Shown here one piece after another: positions 19,574-30,595 of a stretch of DNA of 64,000 bases. Made by a program: the position numbers and the translations under genes. Origin of the DNA: Spirochaetota bacterium. GTDB taxonomy: Bacteria; Spirochaetota; Spirochaetia; Treponematales; UBA12059. How positions within the stretch are numbered: the first letter of the stretch is position 1; the number at the start of each line of letters is the position of its first letter. The notes under the pieces were generated by a model. It made no database searches. It had not been told where the DNA came from and worked only from the letters and a program-made list of their open reading frames with translations. The stretch is from positions 24,626 to 88,625 of the forward strand of contig JAKPPT010000092.1 in NCBI GenBank assembly GCA_029547205.1. Direction: 5' to 3'.

Positions 19574-21645
19574 TTATAACCCCCAATAAGATTTTAACAT
19601 TGGTGCTATCACCAGTGCAATAATAGACATTAATTTTATTAAAATATTGAGTGCTGGACCAGCTGTATCCTTAAATGGATCTCCCACGGTATCACCAACA
19701 ACAGCAGCCTTGTGAGCATCTGACCCCTTACCGAATTCCTTCGATTCAATGAGCTTCTTAGCATTATCCCATGCGCCACCAGAGTTTGCCATAAAAATTG
19801 CAAGGAGCACGCCAGTAACTGTAGCTCCAGCTAAGAGTCCGCCAAGCATGTACACACCGAATAAGAATCCTACAGCAATGGGAACAAGAACGGCAAGCAC
19901 ACCTGGTACGATCATGCGAATGAGCGCCGATTTTGTTGAAATATCAACGCAAGCACGATAGTCAGGGTATTCGGTTTCTTCCAGAATGCCGGGTTTCTCA
20001 CGGAACTGTCTTCGGACTTCCTCTATCATTGCGAATGCAGCTATGCCAATTGCATCCATGGACAGAGCAGAAAATAAAAACGGTATCATTCCTCCGATCA
20101 AAAGACCAATGAGCACCTCAGGCTTTGCAATATCAAAACTCGCAAGCACATTTCCAAAAACCGTCTGCCCGAATGCTGAAAACAAAATAATTGAAGTCAG
20201 TGCAGCTGACCCGATTGCAAAGCCTTTACCAATTGCTGCTGTGGTATTTCCTACTGCATCAAGTTCATCTGTTATGTCGCGCACATGAGGATCCATGGCT
20301 GACATCACTGCAAGACCGCCTGCATTATCTGCAATAGGACCATAGGCATCGACCGAGAGCTGGATTCCCAATGTAAGGAGCATACCAAGCGCTGCAATGC
20401 CTACACCATATAGACCAGCAAGTGCATAGCTCCCGCCAATTGCGACGCTAATAACCAGTATCGGTGGCATAGTTGAGACCATACCGACAGAGAGCCCCGA
20501 TATAATTGTTGTAGCTGCTCCAGTCAAACAGGATTGTTCAATTTTACGAACTGGCGTTGTATTGGTACCGGTAAAGTATTCTGTGAGCATACCAATCAGC
20601 ACACCACCTACAAGACCAACTACAGCGGAAAATGCAATAGCGAGTGCACCCTTGCCGCCATCAAATGTGCTCGCTCCAAGCAGCCAGAAACTTGCAGGGA
20701 ACACCAGCACCATTGCGATAATTGCGGCCACTATTGTACCGGTATTGAGTGCCCGCTGAGGAGAGGTACCAGGTTTCCCCCGCACAAAAAATGTTCATAC
20801 GAACGACGCTGCAATACCGATACCACAGAGCAAAAGAGGCAAGAATGATAGGGCGATACGAACCGAATCTGAGGCATTGATAGAAGCTCCCAAAACCACA
20901 CAGCCAATTGCCGAACCAACGTATGACTCAAAGAGGTCTGCACCCATACCAGCAACATCGCCAACATTGTCACCAACATTATCAGCAATAACTGCTGGAT
21001 TACGCGGATCATCCTCTGGAATACCAGCTTCAACTTTACCCACAAGATCAGCACCGACATCTGCAGCTTTGGTAAAAATACCACCGCCCACACACAAGCA
21101 AAAAGTGCAACAGTTGAAGCTCCAAGGCTAAAACCAGTTACAATCGGGAAAATAGTATTCTTAAACGTTCCAATATCAACACCAAACAGCTGCATACCAA
21201 GTGTAATGAGCACGGTAATTCCAAGAAGCGCTAAACCGACTACCGTCATACCCATAACCGAGCCTCCAGCAAAAGCAACACGGAGTGCATGGTTAATACC
21301 CTTTTCGGCTTGCTGCGCTGTTCTCGCATTTGCTTTTGTAGCTACCATCATGCCAAAGTATCCCGCTAAAGCCGAAAAAAGTGCCCCCATAAAAAAAGCC
21401 AATGCTTGCAAACGGAGCGCTCCGCTGTTTGCAACCAGTAAAAACAGGGCAACAATCACTACAAACGGCAGGAGTACCAGGTATTCTCGGTTAAGAAATG
21501 CCCGTGCGCCTTCTGCAATGTAGCCTGAAATACGCTCAAGATTTTTATTGTCCACCGCTATGCGGCTAATCCGCAAGCTCTGTATTACGGCATATCCCAG
21601 TGCGAGAAGACTGCCTAAAAATGCTATCAGTAGAATTTCTGTCAT
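19574..21645 (-). pseudogene. hppA: K+-dependent-type membrane pyrophosphatase, disrupted (frameshift plus in-frame TGA)
   Basis: Three track ORFs tile one protein (20731-21711, 20795-21097, 19574-20785). The frame changes in a (CA)4 tract at 21089-21096, between ...GASTVALFA and [22 protein letters not shown]. An in-frame TGA sits at 20795-20797 (SFV*TFFVRGKPGT). The GNTTAA motif is present. ATG 21645 is preceded by AGGTGAGG. Confidence 0.8.
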
Positions 21646-21774
21646 AAACACCTCACCTTTTTTAGTATGTATGAGTACTTGTATTGTACAATAGGAACCA
21701 TGCTTGAACAATCAAAAAATCTGTACTACAACTACATATGCATATAAAAAGAATACTGTTGCAGAGGTGCATGC

Positions 21775-22188
21775 ATGAAAAGTTTTAGAAAAGAAATCAC
21801 GGTAACTACAAAAAAACGGTATGATATTGTCCACATAACCCCGCTCGTAGAAGAAGCACTCCGCGAAAGCGGTATTCGTGAAGGAATCTGTCTTGTAAAT
21901 CCAATGCATATTACTGCAAGTATATTCATTAATGACAACGAATCTGGATTACACGCCGATTTTCTGGAATGGCTTGAACACCTGGCACCATATAATCCTA
22001 AAGGGTATCGACACAATGTCGGTGAGGATAATGGGGACGCACATCTTAAACGACAGATCATGGGCAGAGAAGCAGTCATTGCTGTTACCAATGGCAAACT
22101 GGATTTTGGGACATGGGAACAAATATTTTATGGTGAATTTGACGGTCAGCGACCCAAACGAATCCTCATAAAAATAATTGGTGAATAG
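21775..22188 (+). CDS. YjbQ/UPF0047 family protein (secondary thiamine-phosphate synthase-like)
   Basis: 137 aa. [18 protein letters not shown]...GDAHLK is typical of the YjbQ family. Confidence 0.8.
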   Translation: MKSFRKEITVTTKKRYDIVHITPLVEEALRESGIREGICLVNPMHITASIFINDNESGLHADFLEWLEHLAPYNPKGYRHNVGEDNGDAHLKRQIMGREAVIAVTNGKLDFGTWEQIFYGEFDGQRPKRILIKIIGE

Positions 22189-22242
22189 TTTCAAATAACG
22201 TAATCCTTGAAAATTATCGCAATACGGGCTACTATTTTGGAT

Positions 22243-25200
22243 ATGTCCGAAGAAAAAAGTGCTATCACAGGTAATGAAACAGAACCAAACGATAATTCTA
22301 ATCAAGAATATTCTCCGGATGATGAATTTCTCTATGGTCCCGGAGATGATGAGGTTGAACAGGAATTATACATATCTCCTAAAGAAGAACACCATAACCC
22401 TGCCCGGCTACAATCATTAAAAATATCAGACACATTGCGAGGGCGAATCGCAGAGTACGAACACAGCCCGGAGACAAAAACTCAATTCAGACACCGCATT
22501 GCGCTCATCGGCGCTGTAGAGCTCGATAGTAAACGGCAGCTTCGCGCCCAATCTGGAGCGTGGCCGCTGCTTGAAGCCTTTTATCAATATGGAAAACCAC
22601 ACTGGATTGATCCCATCAAAGTAATAATGCCTATCAAAGAAATCATGTTTAAAATGCAAGCACCGCCAATGGCTGATCGCGGTATTTTTTATGTACTGAC
22701 GCGAGTTGCACGTGCCGGCATATCGCCTGCAGCATTTGCAATGCATATCGTGCTTCCGCGCATGGCTCAAGATTACAACTGGAAACTCTGGCGGGCTCGC
22801 CATATCTGGATCCTTGATTCTATTGCAGACCTGCTCGTTGAACTAAGAACCAAAGCTCCCTGGAATACGCACTATCTCGGTAAAACAAAAGTCCTCACCG
22901 ATATTGCCCTGTGCAAGTATGTTGGCCGACCGCTTGCTCGTCTCCAGAGTGAACGTATCGAAGAACAAAAAGATTCATTGGCCGCATGGGCAAATGCATG
23001 GATTAACTTTACCTTTACAAGCCCTCATTTTTTAACATTTTTAAGAAAGGCAATATTGCCATGTTTCTATAGGCTATCTGGTAAAATTGATCCAGAACAG
23101 CTTGCCCCAATGGCAAACATCATGTCTAACCTTGAAAAGAAACTTGGTAAACGGTTCGATGTGATACCTTTTGATGGCATAAAAAAACTGATCATGCAGT
23201 CTGGATTTTTACAGACATTAGAAGACCGCATTAAGCTGCGAGTAAATGAAGAAATTGGTTACCTCCATGTTGTACGTGAACTCATGGCATATCTTGAGCT
23301 TGTAGAAGCCTTGAGCAACACACATGCAGGCCTATCAATGCTTCGAGAAATCTGTCAGCTTAGCCTCCTATCAGAACCTACGTTTTTAGGACATGCAGCA
23401 AAGCTTGCAGCAGCAATAAAGCCATCTGAAGGTATACTCATATTGCGAAAACATATTCTTGCATTGCAAAAAATCCCAGAAAACCGCCGTGATGCTTTTA
23501 TTGATGAAATTAGAACGAGCAACGGAATCCACGGTACAGTCTCACTTCCACAAAAGCCAGCCGATGTATTTCGCTATCCCGCTCCGTTTGAAATTGCTCA
23601 GCAATGCGGCATTAGTCAAGATGTTTATGACGGTTTAGAATTTAATAAAAAAGCTCCACTCGATTATAAAGACATATCAACATACTTAACAAAAAACAAC
23701 CAGACTTATGCAAAAACACTTTTGACAATAGCTCAGGCACTACAAAACAATTCTGATAGAGATTGGAACGAAACCACTGTAAAAGAAATTGATTCCATTG
23801 ATCCTGCACTATTAAAACTGTGCATCTACACCTGCATTGCAGGCTCAGGAAACCGCTATACGCGCTCAACACTACCAGAATTAACCAGTGTTTATAAAGG
23901 ACTTAAACCCTTTATCAAAACTAGCTGGCCTCCAATTCGATTTGAATTTGCTATTAACACAATTCCTCTTGAAGAAACAACACTTGAACCATATGCATGT
24001 GATCTCATGCGATCACGAATTAATCGAAGTTTATTTATAAACACACTTCGAGCTTTGACAGTACCATCACCAGATAGTGACTGTTCAGAAGCAATCGCAG
24101 AACTCGGAAAATATTATACCGAAGTTTCACGAGCGCTCAACGCAGAATTATCTCGTGCTATTGAAGAAACACAAAACAACGTTTCTGCAAACCAGGAAAA
24201 ATCCGATCCACACAAAGACCCAAAAGTCAAGCAGCTTAAAAAAAAGCAATGGATCCTCAACGAATTATTCAAAGCACTGGAGGATGTCCCTGTAAACCGC
24301 GGTGATCCAAGACGTTTTGTTCTGGCTGTACTGGGATGCGCAATATTTTTACCTGATAATGAAAAATCATCCTTTTCCATACTCATGGCAGTAAAATCCC
24401 GTTATAGTACTATAACAGAAATTGCAAAAGCCCTTGATTGGCTTGAAACTGATGCAGATAGCAATTTTATAGGTATCAATCATGCAAAGACACTAATTTC
24501 TGTTTCAGAAGGTCTGTCAAATTATGTTGGAAATGATGAAGTCTTAAATAAGACACTCTATACGCCGGAAATTCATTTTACTAACTTTGTCAATGAGGCT
24601 CTTGGAATCCTCAATCTTCCTATTTCGAGTTCGACACTGGAATATGCATTCAGAAAATCCACCATGCTCGATGCGCTTGAAATAGAGCTTGCTAAATGGC
24701 GCGATCTAGCTATCAAACTTGCACCTCAAGAACAAAAGCAACATAAATTAGTATTTGCTCTTGGGAAAGGGTATCTAGATATACTACATGGTGAAATGGG
24801 AGGAAGCATATTTACCGGTTTTATTGATATACTTACCAATCCTGATACACTACTCTGCCGTGTATATGACAAGGACAGTGGCGAAAACATCGGTTCCTGT
24901 ATTTTCATGCTTTCACGAAAAGGTATTCCGAGTGCACGAATAAGCGCATTCTGGCAATTTTATGCTATTAATATAGCTCCCGGAATGCTACACCGTATGA
25001 GTCTTTCGCAAATTACCCGCCTGTATCTGGGATTCAGGTATATGGCAGAACAGCTCGCGGTTAAGAGCGGTTTTCCTGTTGCACTATGTGGAATAACCGA
25101 ACTCAATATTGTTTCATCAGACCCTACACTTGCGCTTATAGCAAAAAATTTTGAAGTTTCTGCAAAAGCCCAGCTCATACGAGATGCCGAATGCCAGGCT

Positions 25201-25296
25201 CTCTTATACCCTGACAGCAAGTTTAAAACTGCGCTACTCATCATCGATCCACAAAGACCTGAAACACTCAAAGCAGCCAGGATGCTCCGTAAGTGA
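22243..25296 (+). CDS. Large hypothetical protein (~1017 aa from ATG 22243)
   Basis: Long uninterrupted ORF with an acidic N-terminus. No domain recognised. The track start at 22207 is TTG. Confidence 0.6.
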   Translation: MSEEKSAITGNETEPNDNSNQEYSPDDEFLYGPGDDEVEQELYISPKEEHHNPARLQSLKISDTLRGRIAEYEHSPETKTQFRHRIALIGAVELDSKRQLRAQSGAWPLLEAFYQYGKPHWIDPIKVIMPIKEIMFKMQAPPMADRGIFYVLTRVARAGISPAAFAMHIVLPRMAQDYNWKLWRARHIWILDSIADLLVELRTKAPWNTHYLGKTKVLTDIALCKYVGRPLARLQSERIEEQKDSLAAWANAWINFTFTSPHFLTFLRKAILPCFYRLSGKIDPEQLAPMANIMSNLEKKLGKRFDVIPFDGIKKLIMQSGFLQTLEDRIKLRVNEEIGYLHVVRELMAYLELVEALSNTHAGLSMLREICQLSLLSEPTFLGHAAKLAAAIKPSEGILILRKHILALQKIPENRRDAFIDEIRTSNGIHGTVSLPQKPADVFRYPAPFEIAQQCGISQDVYDGLEFNKKAPLDYKDISTYLTKNNQTYAKTLLTIAQALQNNSDRDWNETTVKEIDSIDPALLKLCIYTCIAGSGNRYTRSTLPELTSVYKGLKPFIKTSWPPIRFEFAINTIPLEETTLEPYACDLMRSRINRSLFINTLRALTVPSPDSDCSEAIAELGKYYTEVSRALNAELSRAIEETQNNVSANQEKSDPHKDPKVKQLKKKQWILNELFKALEDVPVNRGDPRRFVLAVLGCAIFLPDNEKSSFSILMAVKSRYSTITEIAKALDWLETDADSNFIGINHAKTLISVSEGLSNYVGNDEVLNKTLYTPEIHFTNFVNEALGILNLPISSSTLEYAFRKSTMLDALEIELAKWRDLAIKLAPQEQKQHKLVFALGKGYLDILHGEMGGSIFTGFIDILTNPDTLLCRVYDKDSGENIGSCIFMLSRKGIPSARISAFWQFYAINIAPGMLHRMSLSQITRLYLGFRYMAEQLAVKSGFPVALCGITELNIVSSDPTLALIAKNFEVSAKAQLIRDAECQALLYPDSKFKTALLIIDPQRPETLKAARMLRK

Positions 25297-25494
25297 ATGC
25301 AGGGTTAGTGTCACGAAGGCTGTGTAGACAGGTGCTTCTAGCATTTTTCATTACACTATGTTTTGGTAATTAAATAAGTAAAAACTACTTGCTTTTTTAA
25401 TAAAAATAGATAATTATCGATATATAAGGATTTATATATTACATCAAGGTGGTACAGCAATCATTCATTCACGAATAAAATAAGGAGTAGCAGG

Positions 25495-27501
25495 ATGACT
25501 ACCAAAATTGTAATAATTGGGGGAGGCTATGCCGGTGTCTGGGCTGGTAAAATCCTCGAAAAACATTTTCGTAAACATAAAGATGTAGCAATTACGCTCG
25601 TTGACCCAAAACCCTACCATACACTCATGACCGAACTTCATGAGGTAGCAGGCTGGCGCACCGAACCAGAATCGGTCCAGGTAAGTTTTAGAAAAATTTT
25701 TGGCGCACGACATATCAACATAGTGCTCGATGCAATAAAAACTATCGATTTTGAGAAAAAACAGGCATATGGCAAAGCCGGGACATATGATTTTGACTAC
25801 TGCATTATTGCTACAGGTTCAGAACCTGAGTATTTTAATATACCTGGTGTCAAAGAAAACAGCTTCTCGCTATGGTCTTTTGATGATGCAATGAGGCTCA
25901 GGCACCACATTGAAACTGTTTTCAGAAAAGCAGCTGAAGAACCCGATAGCGAAAAACGAAAAAGGCTCTTAACGTTTGCTGTAGCAGGTGCTGGTTTTAC
26001 CGGCATTGAAATGCTTGGAGAGCTGCTTGATCACAGAGATGTCATGTGCTCAAAACTCCATCTTAATAAAGATGAAGTTCGCATTATCAATATCGAGGCA
26101 TTGCCGTCGATACTACCTATCCTTGAACCGAAACTCCGTGAAAAAGCAGAAAAATACCTCAAAAAGCGCGGCGCAGAACTTATACTTAACGCTGCAATCA
26201 CCGGAGCTGAACCAGGAAAGATTATCCTCAAAGATGGCACACTAATAGAAACGGAAACATTTATCTGGACATGCGGGGTAAGGGGTTCGTCATTCTCGGA
26301 CAGTATCGATTTAGAAAAACCAGAAAGGAGCCGAGGACGTCTTGCTGTCAATGAAGAGCTTCGCAGCACAAAATATCCCTATGTATTTGTAGGTGGCGAT
26401 GTTTCCTATTTTATGGAAAACAGTAAACCTCTGCCACAAATTGTTGAAACCGCTCATCAAACTGCAGAGGTAATTGCACATAACATTATTGCAGATATTG
26501 AACACAAAGAAATTCCTAAGCAATTCAAATCAAACTATCACGGTTTTATGATTTCTCTTGGAAGCCATTATGCTGTAGCAAATGCTGGAGGACTCAAAAC
26601 AAGTGGTTTCATAGCAATGGCTATGAAACATTTTATTAACGTACTTTACCTTGTGCAAATTGCTGGAATTAACCAGGTATGGGAATATATAAAACATGAG
26701 TTCCTAGACATCAAAAACAACCGGTCATTTATTGGCGGTTTTGCTGCATACAAAATCCGCAGTTACTGGGGTGTGTTATTACGCATGTTCCTTGGCTTTA
26801 GCTGGTTTGCCGAAGGGCTGAACAAAATTGGTGAAGGTTGGCTAGCCTGGTCTACAGGCAGTAAGAGTCAGTGGATGTTTAGTCCTGGAGTCATTCAGGC
26901 AACATTAGCCCGCACTTCCGTAACTCCGGAGGGTGCCAGTGCAGCAAGTGAGTATGTAGATCAAGCTGCTCAAGCTGTGAGCAGCGCATCCGAAGCTGTT
27001 ACACAAACTGTTACCCAGGTAGCCGATGCAGCAAGTGCAGCCAGCCAGACAGTCTCTGAAGCCGTAACCAATGGCGCTCAGGCAGCAGAAACAGTTTTTG
27101 GCAAAATACTTGATTTATCAAAGCCAATTTTTAATATCAATGGTCCTGTTGCTACCTGGTTCCGCAAAACCTTTATGGATGGCATTGCTGCGCACATACC
27201 TTTTGAGCTGTTTCAACTCATGATAGTGATTGTAGAGATTGGTGTCGGTCTCGCGCTCTTTGGAGGCTTCTTTACCTGGATTGCCGCCGCTGTTAGCATC
27301 GTCATGTGCATTGTCTTTACCCTATCAGGAATGTTCTCATGGGATCAGCTCTGGTTTGTGTTCGCTGCTGTACTCTGCCTCGGTGGTATGGGACGTGCAT
27401 TTGGTCTGGATTATTTTACAGTACCGCTCTGGAAACGCTGGTGGAATGGTACCAGGTTCGCTCGTAAAACGCATCTCTATGCCGATGAACCGACAAAATA
27501 A
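25495..27501 (+). CDS. Type II NADH dehydrogenase (NDH-2) fused to a C-terminal multi-TM (DoxX-like) domain
   Basis: N-terminal IVIIGGGYAGV plus a second dinucleotide fold (FAVAGAGFTGIE). Ala/Ser/Gln/Val low-complexity linker. C-terminal TM helices. Confidence 0.75.
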   Translation: MTTKIVIIGGGYAGVWAGKILEKHFRKHKDVAITLVDPKPYHTLMTELHEVAGWRTEPESVQVSFRKIFGARHINIVLDAIKTIDFEKKQAYGKAGTYDFDYCIIATGSEPEYFNIPGVKENSFSLWSFDDAMRLRHHIETVFRKAAEEPDSEKRKRLLTFAVAGAGFTGIEMLGELLDHRDVMCSKLHLNKDEVRIINIEALPSILPILEPKLREKAEKYLKKRGAELILNAAITGAEPGKIILKDGTLIETETFIWTCGVRGSSFSDSIDLEKPERSRGRLAVNEELRSTKYPYVFVGGDVSYFMENSKPLPQIVETAHQTAEVIAHNIIADIEHKEIPKQFKSNYHGFMISLGSHYAVANAGGLKTSGFIAMAMKHFINVLYLVQIAGINQVWEYIKHEFLDIKNNRSFIGGFAAYKIRSYWGVLLRMFLGFSWFAEGLNKIGEGWLAWSTGSKSQWMFSPGVIQATLARTSVTPEGASAASEYVDQAAQAVSSASEAVTQTVTQVADAASAASQTVSEAVTNGAQAAETVFGKILDLSKPIFNINGPVATWFRKTFMDGIAAHIPFELFQLMIVIVEIGVGLALFGGFFTWIAAAVSIVMCIVFTLSGMFSWDQLWFVFAAVLCLGGMGRAFGLDYFTVPLWKRWWNGTRFARKTHLYADEPTK

Positions 27502-27532
27502 AGCATTTACTGTACTAGCTTAAGGATCTATT

Positions 27533-28501
27533 ATGAGTGATTTCTGGAAACCATATCCAGAGCTTTACAACCAGTTAGAATTAGTTCATAAAAAAACAGT
27601 AGAAGCGGTTCATAATTTCCCTTTATTGGAAAGCATCGAACCGCTCCTCATGCAAAGAGGCAAAATGCTCCGACCTGCCTTTTTGCTTATTGGCAGCAAA
27701 TATGGTAAACAGCCAGACACAATTATCGATGCTGCTGCTGCCATAGAATTATTACATATTGCAACACTCCTCCATGATGATGTTCTCGATGATGCTGCGT
27801 TACGCAGAAATGTCCCCACATTCCATATCAGCGCTGGTATTAAAAACGCAATCCTCGCAGGTGATTGGCTCTTTGCAAAATCTATATCACTCATTGCACC
27901 AATGCTCAAACAGGACCAAATACCGATACTCACCACTGCAGCACAGAGAATATGTAGTTCAGAAATTGAGCAGGATATTCGCAAAGGAAAGGTCTTTACC
28001 AGTACACGAACGTATCTCCGAACAATTGCAGGAAAAACCGCAGCTCTCATTACCCTGGCTCTGCGCTCTGGTGCTGAGCTTGCACAGGCAGAGCCGGCAA
28101 TAAAAATAACACTGCAGCGTCTTGGATACAATATTGGAATAGCATTTCAAATCCAGGATGACATTCTCGATTATGCAGGCGATACTAAAAATCTTCAAAA
28201 GCCAACTGGCAAAGATATTTATGAAGGCATCTGTACATTGCCACTTATTTTAGCTTTACAAAAAGCAACCAAACAATCTTCTCAACAGCAAATTTTTAAT
28301 AACTCCTTGCCACCATTGACCAACGCATATAAATCCTATTATGAGAATTTTGTACAAAAGTACAACGGAATTCAGGACGCGGTTCAATTTTCAAAAATGT
28401 ATATCACGAGAGCCAACAGAGAAATTGAAACATTGCCACAAATTCCTGAAACCGAAATATTAAAAGATATAGTAAAAAGACTTATTGAAAGACAATATTA
28501 G
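27533..28501 (+). CDS. Long-chain polyprenyl diphosphate synthase
   Basis: First and second Asp-rich motifs, LLHDDVLDD and FQIQDDILD. Confidence 0.85.
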   Translation: MSDFWKPYPELYNQLELVHKKTVEAVHNFPLLESIEPLLMQRGKMLRPAFLLIGSKYGKQPDTIIDAAAAIELLHIATLLHDDVLDDAALRRNVPTFHISAGIKNAILAGDWLFAKSISLIAPMLKQDQIPILTTAAQRICSSEIEQDIRKGKVFTSTRTYLRTIAGKTAALITLALRSGAELAQAEPAIKITLQRLGYNIGIAFQIQDDILDYAGDTKNLQKPTGKDIYEGICTLPLILALQKATKQSSQQQIFNNSLPPLTNAYKSYYENFVQKYNGIQDAVQFSKMYITRANREIETLPQIPETEILKDIVKRLIERQY

Positions 28502-28587
28502 CATAACAGAAATTTTTTCCAGCCTGATTGATTTTTTAAACCTAAAATTATACCATGTAGCCTAATAATCTTTTTTTCGGAGCTATC

Positions 28588-29160
28588 ATGCTTGTCTATA
28601 TTCTTGCTGGAATAAGCCTTTCTATGGATGCTTTTGCAATTGCAGTCTCATCGAGCATATGTATGCCTCACATGCCTCTGAAACTTGCATTGAGAACATC
28701 TTTTATGTTTGGTTTTTTTCAATTTCTCATGCCAGTAATTGGATTTTTTCTTGGTATATCTACAATACAGTTTATCGAAAAATTTGATCACTGGGTTGCG
28801 TTTCTGCTTCTTGGCTTTATCGGAATAAAAATGATAATTGAATCATTCGGAATAAAATCAGAACAAGCCTGCAGTGATGATGAAAAAAAGAAAACCGATA
28901 TTGCCGATTTTAAAACACTTTTAATGCTCTCAATTGCTACGAGCATTGATGCTCTTGCTATTGGTATTTCTTATAGCATAATTTATGCGCCAATCTGGAT
29001 AGCAGCGCTCCTGATTGGAATCACAACCTTTATAATTTGTGTGATTGGCTGCGAATTTGGTAAAAGGTTAGGTACCAAATTTGAAAAAAGCGCTGTTCTC
29101 GTTGGTGGGATAGTACTTATTGGTATAGGTACAAAAATATTACTCGAGCACTTGCTCTAA
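28588..29160 (+). CDS. mntP: Manganese efflux pump MntP
   Basis: 190 aa. Duplicated SMDAFA / SIDALA motifs. Six TM helices. Confidence 0.8.
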   Translation: MLVYILAGISLSMDAFAIAVSSSICMPHMPLKLALRTSFMFGFFQFLMPVIGFFLGISTIQFIEKFDHWVAFLLLGFIGIKMIIESFGIKSEQACSDDEKKKTDIADFKTLLMLSIATSIDALAIGISYSIIYAPIWIAALLIGITTFIICVIGCEFGKRLGTKFEKSAVLVGGIVLIGIGTKILLEHLL

Positions 29161-29187
29161 ATTGCATATAGCAGACAATTAATTTCA

Positions 29188-30594
29188 CTATTCACATTTA
29201 TTGTGTTCAAGCTTTCTCAACCTGTCATCATCAAGCACAATATGCAAGTTTTTTTCCTGCGTTGGAATCACAAGGCCTTTTGGTCCATTTTTAGCCCTTC
29301 GTAAATATTTAACGCGTGTATAATACAAATCTGCTTCACGCGCATTACGTGCTTTAGAATAAAATACAGCAAGATTTCCTGCGTCAATAAGAACATCAAG
29401 CGGTACCGATTTATCTTTTTTTGCTTTTATAAAAATATAACCACCAGGAACATCACGTGTATGCAGCCAGATATCCTGACCTTTCACATAATGACGCAAG
29501 AGCTCATCATTTTCTGAAGCGTCACGACCAGCCAGTATTAACCATCCATTGCTCATAAATGCTACACCTGGTCTTTTCTTATCATGAACTTGCTTTCGCT
29601 TTACTTCGAGAGTCAGTGCTTTATGTAATTCAAGAGGGTTTTCGAGGGAAAGAAGCCAAGATTTCTCTTTCTCCATTCGAGAAAGCTCTTGTTTTGAAGT
29701 TTCCATATCTTTTTTTAACTCATCAAGTCCGCTTTTTGATTTTCTATAGAGCTCATAATAGTGTTCGGCATTTTGTACTGCTGATTTTTGAGGATCTAGC
29801 TTTATAGTAATAGAGCCCCCAGTATAGAAATTTTCCCCCTGAAACCATTCACTGCCAGCTCTGATTGCAGCAATGTTCGCCATAATGATATCAGCCTGTT
29901 CTTTGAATAATTCAGCATCTTCTGCCTGTCGTATTTTTTTTTCTAACATTACGATGGACGCTTCAAGCCGTTCCATTTTTGCAGAAAACAATTTCTTAAC
30001 CTGCTCTCTAAGCATTTCAAGCGATAATGCAGTTCCATGTTCAGCATACCAGGTATCGATGTAATCATTAAAAATCATCCCCTGCGGATAGTCTCGAATT
30101 TCATAAATTCGTTTACTTTTTTCCTGATTTTGTATGATCGCATAGTCATAGCGCTTTCCGCCTATCTCTCCTTTATTGGGCTTTCTTCTCATAACATCGA
30201 GTATCGTATAGGAATCATCTGTTACTATTACATTACCTGCATTGGACCATAAACGAATAAACATATACAGTATTTCTTTTCCTCGATGCAGTGAAAGTTT
30301 TACGATTCTTTCCTCGCCAATTTGTACAGCTTCATCAATCCATGCATTTACTATATGAGCTTTTAGAAATTCTACGAATCGCAAAGGTTTTTCTGGTTTT
30401 GGAATATTCTGTTTTGTTTCATGAATTCTACATGCTCCCGGTGCAATTGAAATAAGAATATTTTTATAAACGCCTGTTCTGTATACTCCAAATACGACGA
30501 TATCATACGCTGGCTGAAATACTTTTTGTATTTGTGAACCAGGTAAATTTATTTCATCTAAAACGAGATTTATTTCTTTCCAATTTAGTGACAT
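29188..30594 (-). CDS. NFACT-family protein (FbpA N-terminal plus DUF814; RqcH-like)
   Basis: 468 aa. Coiled-coil middle region. C-terminal NFACT-R style segment WLHTRDVPGGYIFIK...AVFYSKAR. Confidence 0.7.
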   Translation of the reverse strand: MSLNWKEINLVLDEINLPGSQIQKVFQPAYDIVVFGVYRTGVYKNILISIAPGACRIHETKQNIPKPEKPLRFVEFLKAHIVNAWIDEAVQIGEERIVKLSLHRGKEILYMFIRLWSNAGNVIVTDDSYTILDVMRRKPNKGEIGGKRYDYAIIQNQEKSKRIYEIRDYPQGMIFNDYIDTWYAEHGTALSLEMLREQVKKLFSAKMERLEASIVMLEKKIRQAEDAELFKEQADIIMANIAAIRAGSEWFQGENFYTGGSITIKLDPQKSAVQNAEHYYELYRKSKSGLDELKKDMETSKQELSRMEKEKSWLLSLENPLELHKALTLEVKRKQVHDKKRPGVAFMSNGWLILAGRDASENDELLRHYVKGQDIWLHTRDVPGGYIFIKAKKDKSVPLDVLIDAGNLAVFYSKARNAREADLYYTRVKYLRRAKNGPKGLVIPTQEKNLHIVLDDDRLRKLEHNKCE

Positions 30595-30595
30595 G

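Noticed and set aside
20795-20797. The in-frame TGA in hppA as selenocysteine, or as a UGA=Gly recoded genome
   Set aside because: TGA clearly terminates other genes here (for example at 805-807, 12359-12361 and 25294-25296). No SECIS-like hairpin is evident, and the gene also carries a separate frameshift.
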